Of a stretch of 35,995 bases of DNA, positions 28,671-35,995 are shown piece after piece. The stretch covers positions 1-35,995 of the forward strand of contig VGEI01000002.1 of NCBI GenBank assembly GCA_016869415.1. Reading direction: 5' to 3'. The position numbers and the translations under genes were made by a program. Origin of the DNA: Alphaproteobacteria bacterium (GTDB lineage Bacteria; Pseudomonadota; Alphaproteobacteria; CACIAM-22H2). The notes below the pieces were generated by a model. The model was not told the origin of the DNA, ran no database searches, and was given only the letters and a program-made list of their open reading frames with translations. Within the stretch, counting starts at the first letter, position 1. Every line of letters starts with the position of its first letter.

Positions 28671-29063
28671 TCAGGCATTTCTCCCTCTCCGCCTCTGGGG
28701 ACGGAGAGGGTTGGGGTGAGGTGAGGGCGCTTTCGCAGCCGCTTCGATTACCTGCAGGGTGCCATCCAGATTGCCGAGCACATCGTTGTTCCAGAAGCGC
28801 AGGACGCGATAGCCGCGCTCCTCAAGTTCGCGGGTTCTCAGAGCGTCGACATCGGCCGCCGCGGCGTGCTGACTGCCATCGATCTCAATCACTAGATTAC
28901 GGGCTGGAACCGCAAAATCAGCGATGTACCGCCCGATTGGATGCTGCCGTCGTACCTTGCACGGCAAATTCAGATCACGCAGCGCGCGCCAAAGGCTGCG
29001 CTCGGCGTCGGTCTGGTCTGCGCGTAGCCTCCTTGCTCGGTGAGTTTGTGCACGAACGGCCAT
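28671..29063 (-). CDS. DUF559 endonuclease-domain protein (Vsr-like PD-(D/E)xK fold)
   Basis: ARRLRADQTDAERSLWRALRD...VRRQHPIGRYIADFAVPARNLVIEIDGSQH...RTRELEERGYRVLRFWNNDV is the canonical DUF559 pattern. Start taken at ATG 29063; the track start at 29132 adds 23 aa translated from the repeat. The C-terminal about 20 aa are also repeat-encoded. Confidence 0.7.
   Translation of the reverse strand: MAVRAQTHRARRLRADQTDAERSLWRALRDLNLPCKVRRQHPIGRYIADFAVPARNLVIEIDGSQHAAAADVDALRTRELEERGYRVLRFWNNDVLGNLDGTLQVIEAAAKAPSPHPNPLRPQRRRGRNA
28676..28727. repeat. Left terminal inverted repeat of the DUF559 cassette
   Basis: CATTTCTCCCTCTCCGCCTCTGGGGACGGAGAGGGTTGGGGTGAGGTGAGGG. Contains hairpin CCCTCTCCG-N10-CGGAGAGGG (28683-28710). 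Aligns with the reverse complement of 29061-29112. Confidence 0.65.
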
Positions 29064-29112
29064 CCCCCACCTCTCCCTACCCTCTCCGCCCCCTAGGGCG
29101 GAGAGGGAAATG
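29061..29112. repeat. Right terminal inverted repeat of the DUF559 cassette
   Basis: Reverse complement reads CATTTCCCTCTCCGCCCTAGGGGGCGGAGAGGGTAGGGAGAGGTGGGGGATG. Contains hairpin CCCTCTCCGCCC-ccta-GGGCGGAGAGGG (29080-29107). Confidence 0.65.
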
Positions 29113-29154
29113 AATTCAGAGCACTCCACCATTGGCTATCTCAGGACTACTTGA

Positions 29155-29175
29155 GCGATGCCATTTTGGCATCGC
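29155..29175. promoter_or_regulatory. Palindrome GCGATGCCA-ttt-TGGCATCGC containing a T-N11-A LysR-type box (TGCCATTTTGGCA)
   Basis: Read directly; 9-bp perfect arms. Sits 111-131 bp upstream of the ABC binding-protein start, on the operon side of the DUF559 cassette. Confidence 0.4.
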
Positions 29176-29285
29176 CTTGGACGAAAATCTCTTCTTTTCG
29201 CGGCCACTCCGCCGGCCCAGACTTTGCCCCGGATAACGGAGAAGAATCGGCCGTTGTGGCCGATCGCCATAGGGAGAACGGAATC

Positions 29286-30320
29286 ATGAGCCTCACCACC
29301 AAGCCGGATGGGAACCGCCGCAGCGTCCTCAAAGGGATGGCCGCCATGGGCGCGCTGGGCTTCGCGCCGCGCATCATCTCGATCGCCGAGGCGCAGCCGC
29401 GCACCATCAACATGCAGCTCGGCTGGATTCTGGGCGGCAACCAGATCGGCGAGGTCGTGGCCAAGCATATGGGCTTCTTCGCCAAGGAAGGCGTCAACGT
29501 CCAGATCCAGGCCGGCGGCCCGAACATCGACGGCGTCGCCGTCGTCGCCTCCGGGCGCTACGAGATCGGCCAGGTCTCCTCCAGCCCGTCGATCATGCAT
29601 GCGGTGTCCCAGGGCATCCCGATCAAGTGCTTCGCCACCGGCGCGCAGGAGCATCCGTTCAGCTACTTCTCGCTGAAGAAGAACCCGGTCAACTCGGTGC
29701 AGGATCTGGTCGGCAAGAAGGTGGGCACGCAAGGGACGGCGCGCATCCTGCTCAGCGCCCTGCTCAAGAAAAACAACGTCGACGAATCGAAGGTCACCGT
29801 GGTGGTCATCGGCGCCGACATGACGCCGCTGATGACCGGCCAGGTCGACGTCATCACCGGCTGGCAGACCAACACCACGGCGCTCAACGTGATGGGCGAC
29901 CAGCGCCACAAGGATCTGCGCCTGTGGGACAACGGCGTGCAGCTCTACGCTCTGCCCTACTACGCCACGGCCGAGACCATCGCGAAGCAGGGCGAGACGC
30001 TCGCCGGCTTCATCCGCGGCTGCGCCAAGGGCTGGGAATTCGTGAAGAGCAACAAGCAGGAAGCGGTGAAGCTGCTGATCCGCGAGTACCCGAACCTGGT
30101 GGAGAAGGACGAGCTTGCCGCGGTCGATGTCATGCTGGCTTACGTCTTCAATGACGCCACCAAGAAGAACGGCTGGGGCCAGATGGACATGGCCGTTTGG
30201 GAGAGCCAGATCAAGCTCTACGACGACCTCAAGGAATTCCGCGCCGGCGCGCCCAAGCTCGAGAGCGTCGCCACGATGGAGATCCTCAACGCCACCAAGG
30301 ACGCGCGGCCGAAGATCTGA
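29286..30320 (+). CDS. ABC importer periplasmic binding protein, NMT1/TauA/SsuA-like, Tat signal
   Basis: Twin-arginine leader GNRRSVLKGMAAMGALGF...AEA and NMT1-like body (QLGWILGGNQIGEVVAKHMGFFAKEGVNV). ATG 29286 with GGGAGAA RBS; track ORF trimmed. Confidence 0.85.
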   Translation: MSLTTKPDGNRRSVLKGMAAMGALGFAPRIISIAEAQPRTINMQLGWILGGNQIGEVVAKHMGFFAKEGVNVQIQAGGPNIDGVAVVASGRYEIGQVSSSPSIMHAVSQGIPIKCFATGAQEHPFSYFSLKKNPVNSVQDLVGKKVGTQGTARILLSALLKKNNVDESKVTVVVIGADMTPLMTGQVDVITGWQTNTTALNVMGDQRHKDLRLWDNGVQLYALPYYATAETIAKQGETLAGFIRGCAKGWEFVKSNKQEAVKLLIREYPNLVEKDELAAVDVMLAYVFNDATKKNGWGQMDMAVWESQIKLYDDLKEFRAGAPKLESVATMEILNATKDARPKI

Positions 30321-30362
30321 TCTTCGTCGCCGATGCGTTGCTGCACCCGACTATCCGTCGTC

Positions 30363-30424
30363 ATGCCGGCGAAGGCCGGCATCCAGACTAAAGAAGCAAA
30401 CTGGACCCCGGCTTTCGCCGGGGT
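30363..30424. repeat. Twin intergenic hairpins (REP-like) between the binding-protein and ATPase genes
   Basis: ATGCCGGC-gaag-GCCGGCAT (30363-30382) and ACCCCGGC-tttc-GCCGGGGT (30405-30424), each a perfect 8-bp stem with a tetraloop. The antisense translation gives the PAKAGVQ / MPAFAGMT peptides typical of a widespread repeat family. Confidence 0.7.
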
Positions 30425-30442
30425 GACGACCAGGAGAATCGT

Positions 30443-31213
30443 ATGACCGCGCTTGCCGTTGCCTGCGACCGTGTCGACGTCCATTTCACCACGGAACGCG
30501 GCACGGTTACTGCCCTCCACGAACTGTCGCTCGACGTCGAGGATGGCGCCTTCCTCACCATGCTCGGGCCGTCGGGCTGCGGCAAATCGACGCTGCTGCG
30601 GGTCGTCGCCGACCTGATCGAGCCGAGCAAGGGTTCCTTGCGCGTGCTCGGGCGCAGCCCGCAGGAGGCGCGCAGCAAGCGCGAGATCGGCTTCGTCTTC
30701 CAGGACGCGGCCCTGATGGCCTGGCGCAGCGTGCTGGCCAATGTCGAGCTGCCGCTCGAGGTCGGCGGCGGCGCCTCGATCGCCGGCCACGCCGCCAGCC
30801 CGCGCGAGCTCATCGAGCTGGTCGGGCTCAAGGGCTGGGAGAACGCCTATCCGCACGAGCTCTCGGGCGGCATGCGCCAGCGCGTGGCCATCGCCCGGGC
30901 GCTGGTGACAAGGCCGCGCCTGCTGCTGATGGACGAGCCCTTCGGCGCGCTCGACGAGATCACCCGCGACCGGCTGAACGAGGAACTGCTGCGGGTCTGG
31001 GAGCAGACGCGCACCACCATCCTTTTCGTCACCCACAGCCTCTACGAGGCGGCCTTCCTCGGGCAGAAGGTGCTGATGCTCGCCGCCAACCCGGGGCGCG
31101 TGCGCGAGATCGTGCCGGTCAACCTGCCCTATCCGCGCCGCCTGGCGCTGCGCGAGACACCCGAATTCGTGAAGCTGGTGGCGCATCTGCGCGCCGTGCT
31201 GGAGACCTGCTGA
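30443..31213 (+). CDS. ABC importer ATP-binding protein (SsuB/TauB/NrtD-like)
   Basis: Walker [10 protein letters not shown], signature LSGGMRQR, Walker [10 protein letters not shown]-loop FVTHS. AGGAGA RBS. Confidence 0.9.
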   Translation: MTALAVACDRVDVHFTTERGTVTALHELSLDVEDGAFLTMLGPSGCGKSTLLRVVADLIEPSKGSLRVLGRSPQEARSKREIGFVFQDAALMAWRSVLANVELPLEVGGGASIAGHAASPRELIELVGLKGWENAYPHELSGGMRQRVAIARALVTRPRLLLMDEPFGALDEITRDRLNEELLRVWEQTRTTILFVTHSLYEAAFLGQKVLMLAANPGRVREIVPVNLPYPRRLALRETPEFVKLVAHLRAVLETC

Positions 31214-32058
31214 TGGCGACACCCTCCTCCGCCCTGCAGCGCCCCACCGCTTTTGTCGCCGACAGCGAGGCCGAGGCGAAGTTCCAGGCGCGCAAGAACC
31301 GGCTGATGTGGCGGCGCCGGCTGCTGCCGCTGGCCGCCGCCCTGCTGCTCCTCGGCCTGTGGCAGGCGGTCGTCGTCTATTTCGGCATCAGGCCCTTCAT
31401 CGCGCCCTCTCCCGTTGCGGTCGCCTATACCCTGGTCGACCGCTTCGGCATCCTGATGCAGAACCTGGCGCCGACGGCGCTGGAAGCCCTGCTCGGCTTC
31501 GCCATCGGCAACCTCTCTGCCATCGCGCTGGCCACGGCCTTCGTCCACAACAAGACGGTCGAGGAAGCCTTCTTCCCCATCGTCGTACTGATCAACACCA
31601 TCCCGGTGGTGGCCAAGGCGCCGATCCTCGTCCTGCTGATGGGCAACGGCATGGAGCCCAAGATCGCCATCGCCGCGCTGATCTGCTTCTTCCCCACCCT
31701 GGTCAACATGACGCGCGGCCTCTCGGCGGTGAATCCGCAGACGCTTGAGCTTATGCGCGTGCTCTCGGCCAGCGACCGCGAGATCTTCTGGAAGCTGCGC
31801 GTCTACAACTCGCTGCCCTACCTGTTCTCGGCGCTGAAGATCGCCGCCAGCACCTCGGTCATCGGCGCCATCGTCGCCGAGTGGATAGGCACGACGCAGG
31901 GCATCGGTGCCCTGATCATCGAAGCCACCTACAAGTTCGACTCGCCGATGCTCTACGCCACGGTAATCGTCGGCGCGAGCTTCTCGGTCACGTTCTTCTT
32001 CGTCATCAGCCTGATCGAGCGGCTGGTGGTGAAGTGGGAACCGCAGGCCGTGCACTGA
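31213..32058 (+). CDS. ABC importer permease (SsuC/TauC-like)
   Basis: 281 aa, about 6 TM segments, BPD_transp_1-type loop (LELMRVLSASDREIFWKLRV). The ATG overlaps the ATPase stop (TGATG). Confidence 0.9.
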   Translation: MATPSSALQRPTAFVADSEAEAKFQARKNRLMWRRRLLPLAAALLLLGLWQAVVVYFGIRPFIAPSPVAVAYTLVDRFGILMQNLAPTALEALLGFAIGNLSAIALATAFVHNKTVEEAFFPIVVLINTIPVVAKAPILVLLMGNGMEPKIAIAALICFFPTLVNMTRGLSAVNPQTLELMRVLSASDREIFWKLRVYNSLPYLFSALKIAASTSVIGAIVAEWIGTTQGIGALIIEATYKFDSPMLYATVIVGASFSVTFFFVISLIERLVVKWEPQAVH

Positions 32059-32070
32059 CAGGAGCGTGAA

Positions 32071-33432
32071 TTGAACGACATTCTCAACGAGCCGGGCGGC
32101 TCCGCCCGTGTTGTCGCCAGGAGCGACGTGGTCGTGGTCGGCGGCGGGCCGGCGGGGCTGGCGGCGGCACTCTCGGCGGCGCGCGCCGGGGCCAGCGTCA
32201 CGCTGGTCGAGCGCTATCCCTATCTCGGCGGCCTCGCCTCGGGCGGCATGGTCCTGGTCCTCGACGACATGTGCAACGGCCAGGAAATCTCGGTCAAAGG
32301 CATCGCTCAGGAATTCATCGAGCGCATGGACCGGCTGGGCCTCGTCGTCTACCCGCCGGAGGAGGACCGCCGCTCCGACATGGCGATGTGGAAGAAATGG
32401 TCGCGCTGGGGCGCCTTCGACTTCACCTCGAAGCAGCGGCCGCAGCCCATCGTCTACGCCGCCGCCTTCGATCCCGACGGCTGGAAGCGTGTCTCCGACG
32501 ACGCGGTGCGCGAGACCAAGGTCAATCTGCGCCTGCACTCCTGGTTCTCGCGCGCCATCATGGACGGCAACCGCATCAAGGGTGTGGTTTGCGAGAGCAA
32601 GGGCGGACGCGAGGCCATTCTCGGCGATATCGTGGTCGACGCGACGGGCGATCTCGACGTCGGCGCCTCGGCCGGCGCCAAATTCTTCCACGGCAACTAC
32701 ATCGTCACCACGGTGTTCCGCTTGGGCGGCGTCGACGAGGCCGAGGCCGAGCGCTTCGAGTACGAGCAGCCGGAGGCCTTCGCCGCCATCGACCGTCAGG
32801 CCAAGCGCGTCATCGGCGGCTCCTGGGACAAGTGGTGGCTGAAGACGCCCCTACCCGGCATCGTCTGGTGCAACTGCCCGCACATGACCGGCCTCGACGG
32901 GCTCAAGGTCGAAGACCTGACCGGCGCCGAGTTCGAGGGCCGGCGGCGCATCGACGCGCTGATCGAGTACGTGCGCGCCAACCTGCCCGGCTTCAAGAAC
33001 TGCTTCTTGCTCGATCTCGCCCCGCAGACCGGCATCCGCCAGACGCGGCTGCTCGAGGGCGAGTACATCGTCAGCAAGGAGGACGTGGCCGACCGCGTCC
33101 ATTTCCAGGATTCGGTGGCGCGCGGGCGCGACTACTACACGCCTTACCGCGCCCTGCTGCCGCGCGAGGTCGAGCAGCTGATCGTCGCCGGCCGGCACTA
33201 TTCGGCGGACACGGCGGCCCAGCGCCTGTCGCGCGAGATCCCGCCCTGCATGGCCATGGGCGAAGCGGCGGGCCTCGCCGCCGCCATGGCCGTCGACCAG
33301 GGCATCCTGGTCCGCAAGGTCGACGTGCCGACATTGCAGAAGCGTTTGCGGGCGCAAGGTGCCGATCCGGGCGACCGGCCCGCTGCCAACGCCACCCTGC
33401 GCAACACCGAAGAGAGAGTCGCCAATGCCTGA
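32071..33432 (+). CDS. FAD-dependent oxidoreductase (FAD_oxidored/GIDA-like family)
   Basis: Dinucleotide fold DVVVVGGGPAGLAAALSAARAG..VTLVERYPYLGG. TTG start 6 nt after GGAG. Substrate unknown. Confidence 0.8.
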   Translation: MNDILNEPGGSARVVARSDVVVVGGGPAGLAAALSAARAGASVTLVERYPYLGGLASGGMVLVLDDMCNGQEISVKGIAQEFIERMDRLGLVVYPPEEDRRSDMAMWKKWSRWGAFDFTSKQRPQPIVYAAAFDPDGWKRVSDDAVRETKVNLRLHSWFSRAIMDGNRIKGVVCESKGGREAILGDIVVDATGDLDVGASAGAKFFHGNYIVTTVFRLGGVDEAEAERFEYEQPEAFAAIDRQAKRVIGGSWDKWWLKTPLPGIVWCNCPHMTGLDGLKVEDLTGAEFEGRRRIDALIEYVRANLPGFKNCFLLDLAPQTGIRQTRLLEGEYIVSKEDVADRVHFQDSVARGRDYYTPYRALLPREVEQLIVAGRHYSADTAAQRLSREIPPCMAMGEAAGLAAAMAVDQGILVRKVDVPTLQKRLRAQGADPGDRPAANATLRNTEERVANA

Positions 33433-34591
33433 TTCGACGGGAACCGCCCAGCCGCTCACGGGGGTGCGCGTCATCGACTTCACCCAGGTGATGCTGGGGC
33501 CGTGCTGCACCCAGATCCTCGGCGATTTCGGCGCCGACGTGATCAAGATCGAGAAGCCGAAGAGCGGCGACCTGTCGCGCTGGTCGGTGGCCGGCGAAGG
33601 GGCGAACAATCCGGTGTTCCAGAGCCTCAACCGCAACAAGCGCTCGCTCGCCCTCGACCTGCGCGGCGAGGCCGGCAAGGAAGTGGTGCGCGATCTCGTC
33701 GCGAAAGCCGACGTCGTGGTCAACAATTTCCGCCCCGGCGTGATGGAGCGTATGGGCTTCGGCTACGCCGATCTTACGAAACTGAATCCGCGGATCATCT
33801 ATGCCCAGGGTACCGGCTTCGGGCCGACCGGCCCCAACGTGCACAAGGGCGGCCAGGACGTGCTCGCCCAGGCGCTGAGCGGCGTCATGGCGCGCAAGGC
33901 CGACCCGCACCACCCGCTGGCCATCTACGCCACCGCGCTTGCCGATTTCAGCGCCGGCATGCACCTGGTCCAGGGCATCCTGCTGGCCCTGCTCCAGCGC
34001 CAGAAGACCGGCCGCGGCCAGGCCATCGACGTCTCGCTCTACGACTCGATGATGTCCATGCAGATGCAAGAAGCGGCGATGTGGCTGCAGAAGAAAAGGG
34101 AGTTGAACTGGGCGGCGATGCCGCTCTCGGGAGTCTTCCAGACCACCGACGGGGCGCTCGTACTCGTCGGCGCCTTCAAGGAGAACCCCTTGCGCGACAT
34201 CTGTACCGCACTGGGCATCGAGGATCTCTCGAAGAAGGAGCACCTCAAGGATCTTCCAGCCCAGATGAAGGCGCGCGACGAGCTGCAGGCGATCTTCAGG
34301 CAGAACTTCGCGCGTAATACGACGGCGCACTGGATCGCGAAACTCGAAGAGCAGGATCTGCTCTGCGCGCCGGTGCGCTCGCTGGCCGAGGCGCTCGCCG
34401 ACGAGCAGACCGCGGCCAACGGCATGGTGGTGGGCGGGCTGCTCGCCCCCCCTATTCACATGTCGGGCGGCGGCTTCGAGGTGCGCCACGCGCCGCCGGC
34501 CCTCGGGCAGCACTCCCGGCAGATCCTGGCCGAGCTCGGCTACGATGGCGCGCGCATCGAGAAACTGGCGGGCGAAGGCGTGGTCCAGTGA
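33425..34591 (+). CDS. Family III CoA-transferase (CaiB/BaiF/Frc-like)
   Basis: LTGVRVIDFTQVMLGPCCTQILGDFGADVIKIE N-terminus, GFGPTGP, and the FSAGMH region with the catalytic Asp context. ATG 33425 overlaps the upstream stop by 8 nt. Confidence 0.85.
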   Translation: MPDSTGTAQPLTGVRVIDFTQVMLGPCCTQILGDFGADVIKIEKPKSGDLSRWSVAGEGANNPVFQSLNRNKRSLALDLRGEAGKEVVRDLVAKADVVVNNFRPGVMERMGFGYADLTKLNPRIIYAQGTGFGPTGPNVHKGGQDVLAQALSGVMARKADPHHPLAIYATALADFSAGMHLVQGILLALLQRQKTGRGQAIDVSLYDSMMSMQMQEAAMWLQKKRELNWAAMPLSGVFQTTDGALVLVGAFKENPLRDICTALGIEDLSKKEHLKDLPAQMKARDELQAIFRQNFARNTTAHWIAKLEEQDLLCAPVRSLAEALADEQTAANGMVVGGLLAPPIHMSGGGFEVRHAPPALGQHSRQILAELGYDGARIEKLAGEGVVQ

Positions 34592-35361
34592 CCGTCAATT
34601 TCACCGTCGCCGAGCACATCGCGCGCGTCACCATCGACCGGCCCGAGGCGCTCAACGCCGTCAACACCGCCACGGAAGCGGAGATGCGCCGCATCTGGGA
34701 CGAGATCGAGAGACGCAGCGACATCCGCGTCGTCGTGCTCACCGGTGCGGGCGAGCGCGCTTTCTGCGCCGGCGCCGACCTCAAGGACGTAGGCAAGGAG
34801 GGCGTCGCCTACTGGGCCGATAACCGGCCCGGCGGCTTCGGCGGCCTCAGTCTGCGCACCACGTTGGACGTGCCGGTGATCGCCCGGGTCAACGGCCATG
34901 CGCTGGGCGGCGGCTTCGAAATGGTGCTGGGCTGCGACATCGTCGTCGCCGCCGAGGAAGCCACGATGGGCCTGCCCGAGCCCAGGGTCGGCCGCCTGCC
35001 GCTCGACGGCGGCATGATCCTCTTGTCACGCATGATCCCGGAGAAGCTGGCGATGGGCGTGCTGCTGACCGCCCGGCGGCTCCCTGCCGCCGAATGGGCG
35101 AAGCTCGGCATCGTCAACGAGGTGGTGCCGCGGGCGAAACTCGACGAGGCGATCGAGCGCTGGACGGCCGACATCCTGGCCTGCGCGCCGCTCTCGGTGC
35201 GGGCGATCAAGCAGGTGGTCAAGCGCACCAAGCACCTCTCGCCGGTGGAGGCGCAAGGCCAGCGCCTGCCCGCCCTGGTCGCCTCGCTCGAATCCGAGGA
35301 CGGGCTCGAGGGTGTGCGCGCCTTCCAGGAGAAGCGCAAGCCGGTGTGGAAAGGCCGCTGA
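34588..35361 (+). CDS. Enoyl-CoA hydratase/isomerase (crotonase) family protein
   Basis: ITIDRPEALNA, VVVLTGAGERAFCAGADLK oxyanion-hole motif, GHALGGGFEMVLGCD. The GTG start overlaps the upstream stop (GTGA). Confidence 0.85.
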   Translation: MTVNFTVAEHIARVTIDRPEALNAVNTATEAEMRRIWDEIERRSDIRVVVLTGAGERAFCAGADLKDVGKEGVAYWADNRPGGFGGLSLRTTLDVPVIARVNGHALGGGFEMVLGCDIVVAAEEATMGLPEPRVGRLPLDGGMILLSRMIPEKLAMGVLLTARRLPAAEWAKLGIVNEVVPRAKLDEAIERWTADILACAPLSVRAIKQVVKRTKHLSPVEAQGQRLPALVASLESEDGLEGVRAFQEKRKPVWKGR

Positions 35362-35376
35362 GCGCGGCGCCGGCCG

Positions 35377-35718
35377 ATGAGCTACGTCATCACCGCCGCC
35401 TGTATCGACGTCAAGGACGGCGCCTGCATGAAGGCCTGCCCGGTCGACTGCATCTATATCGGCGGGCGGATGATGTACATCCACCCGACCGAGTGCATCG
35501 ATTGCGGGCTCTGTCTCTCGGTCTGCCCGGTCGACGCGATCTACGAGGACCACGACATCCCCGAGCGCTTCAGGAACTTCGTGGCGGTGAACGCCGAATT
35601 CTTCGGGCCCGCGGTCACCGGCTGGGGCGAGCCCGGCGGTGCCCTGGCCAAGGGGCCGAGCACCCTCGACCATCCGGCGGTGGCCGGTCATCCGGCACAG
35701 GCGCCGCCGAAGGGCTGA
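35377..35718 (+). CDS. 7Fe-type ([3Fe-4S][4Fe-4S]) ferredoxin, FdxA-like
   Basis: MSYVITAACIDVKDGACMKACPVDCIY (C-x7-C-x3-CP) plus CIDCGLCLSVCPVDAIY (CxxCxxCxxxCP), as in Thermus/actinobacterial 7Fe ferredoxins. Confidence 0.85.
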   Translation: MSYVITAACIDVKDGACMKACPVDCIYIGGRMMYIHPTECIDCGLCLSVCPVDAIYEDHDIPERFRNFVAVNAEFFGPAVTGWGEPGGALAKGPSTLDHPAVAGHPAQAPPKG

Positions 35719-35995
35719 CGAAAGCTACAGCGGCCGCCGAGCGGCGCCCGTCATCCGATTACCACCGCCCAGGCCAAGGCTGCGGGAAGAAACATCCTCG
35801 CTGTCGCTCCGCAATCGGCCAGGACAATCGCTGCAGGGCCCAGCTCCGCCAAAGAGGCCGCCGCCGATAAGAGAACTCTTGCCGCGCCCGGGATTGATCG
35901 GCCCCCATCGAGTGATCCAGGTTGAATGTTAGTTCAGAGTTGGCCGTTGCGCTAGTTGGAGCGTGGCCGGCGAAGCCGATCGGCGTAGCGCAGCC

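Noticed and set aside
27545-29112. Possibility that the recurring CCCTCTCC/GGAGAGGG hairpins form a CRISPR array.
   Set aside because: There are only a few copies, at irregular spacing of hundreds of bp, and each copy is itself palindromic and embedded in different flanks. No cas genes are in the window.
30218-31222. 334-aa minus-strand ORF containing [25 protein letters not shown].
   Set aside because: The conspicuous peptide is just the translation of the twin REP-like hairpins at 30363-30424. The rest is antisense to the well-supported ABC ATPase gene.
35719-35995. Possible small ORF or gene start in the last 277 bp (for example a minus-strand ATG near 35908).
   Set aside because: The translation has no recognisable motif and no RBS, and the region is truncated by the window end, so it was left unannotated.

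Overview
High-GC, alphaproteobacterium-like chromosomal window (taxonomy is an inference from gene content and repeat style). All product calls come from reading the supplied translations for family motifs; no database search was possible.

Gene content, in order:
- 1-10 kb, minus strand: a GntR-family regulator, a tRNA(CAU), and a complete, tightly coupled ISC iron-sulfur cluster locus extended at both ends: cysE-iscR-(nifS-like)-iscS-iscU-iscA-hscB-hscA-fdx-iscX-mnmA. Good IscR-type operator candidates lie in the only AT-rich gap, 9986-10210.
- 10-20 kb, housekeeping: alpha/beta hydrolase, anmK, tyrS, a 1044-aa AsmA/YhdP-like envelope protein, glnE, bcp, and a GYD-domain protein.
- 20.5-24.3 kb: an Fe3+/polyamine-type ABC importer (binding protein, ATPase, fused double permease).
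- 24.3-29.1 kb: looks accessory. It holds a divergent PP2C-like phosphatase, a solitary Mrr-like type IV restriction nuclease, an NmrA-like reductase, a truncated antitoxin-like small ORF, a LysR regulator, a composite palindromic (MITE/REP-like) element, and a DUF559 (Vsr-like) endonuclease ORF bracketed by about 50-bp imperfect inverted repeats built from the same hairpin motif.
- 29.3-35.7 kb: a probable operon of unknown substrate made of an NMT1/TauA-like ABC importer, an FAD oxidoreductase, a family III CoA-transferase, a crotonase and a 7Fe-type ferredoxin.

Nothing here is an unambiguous new multi-gene system. The most unusual things are the DUF559 cassette with hairpin-containing terminal inverted repeats inserted into a LysR/operon control region, the related cargo-less palindromic element, the PP2C-like/Mrr neighbourhood, and the orphan CoA-dependent catabolic cluster.

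Many long ORFs in the track are antisense or off-frame shadows typical of high-GC DNA and were not called. Several track ORFs were trimmed to internal starts supported by RBS, translational coupling or homolog N-termini.
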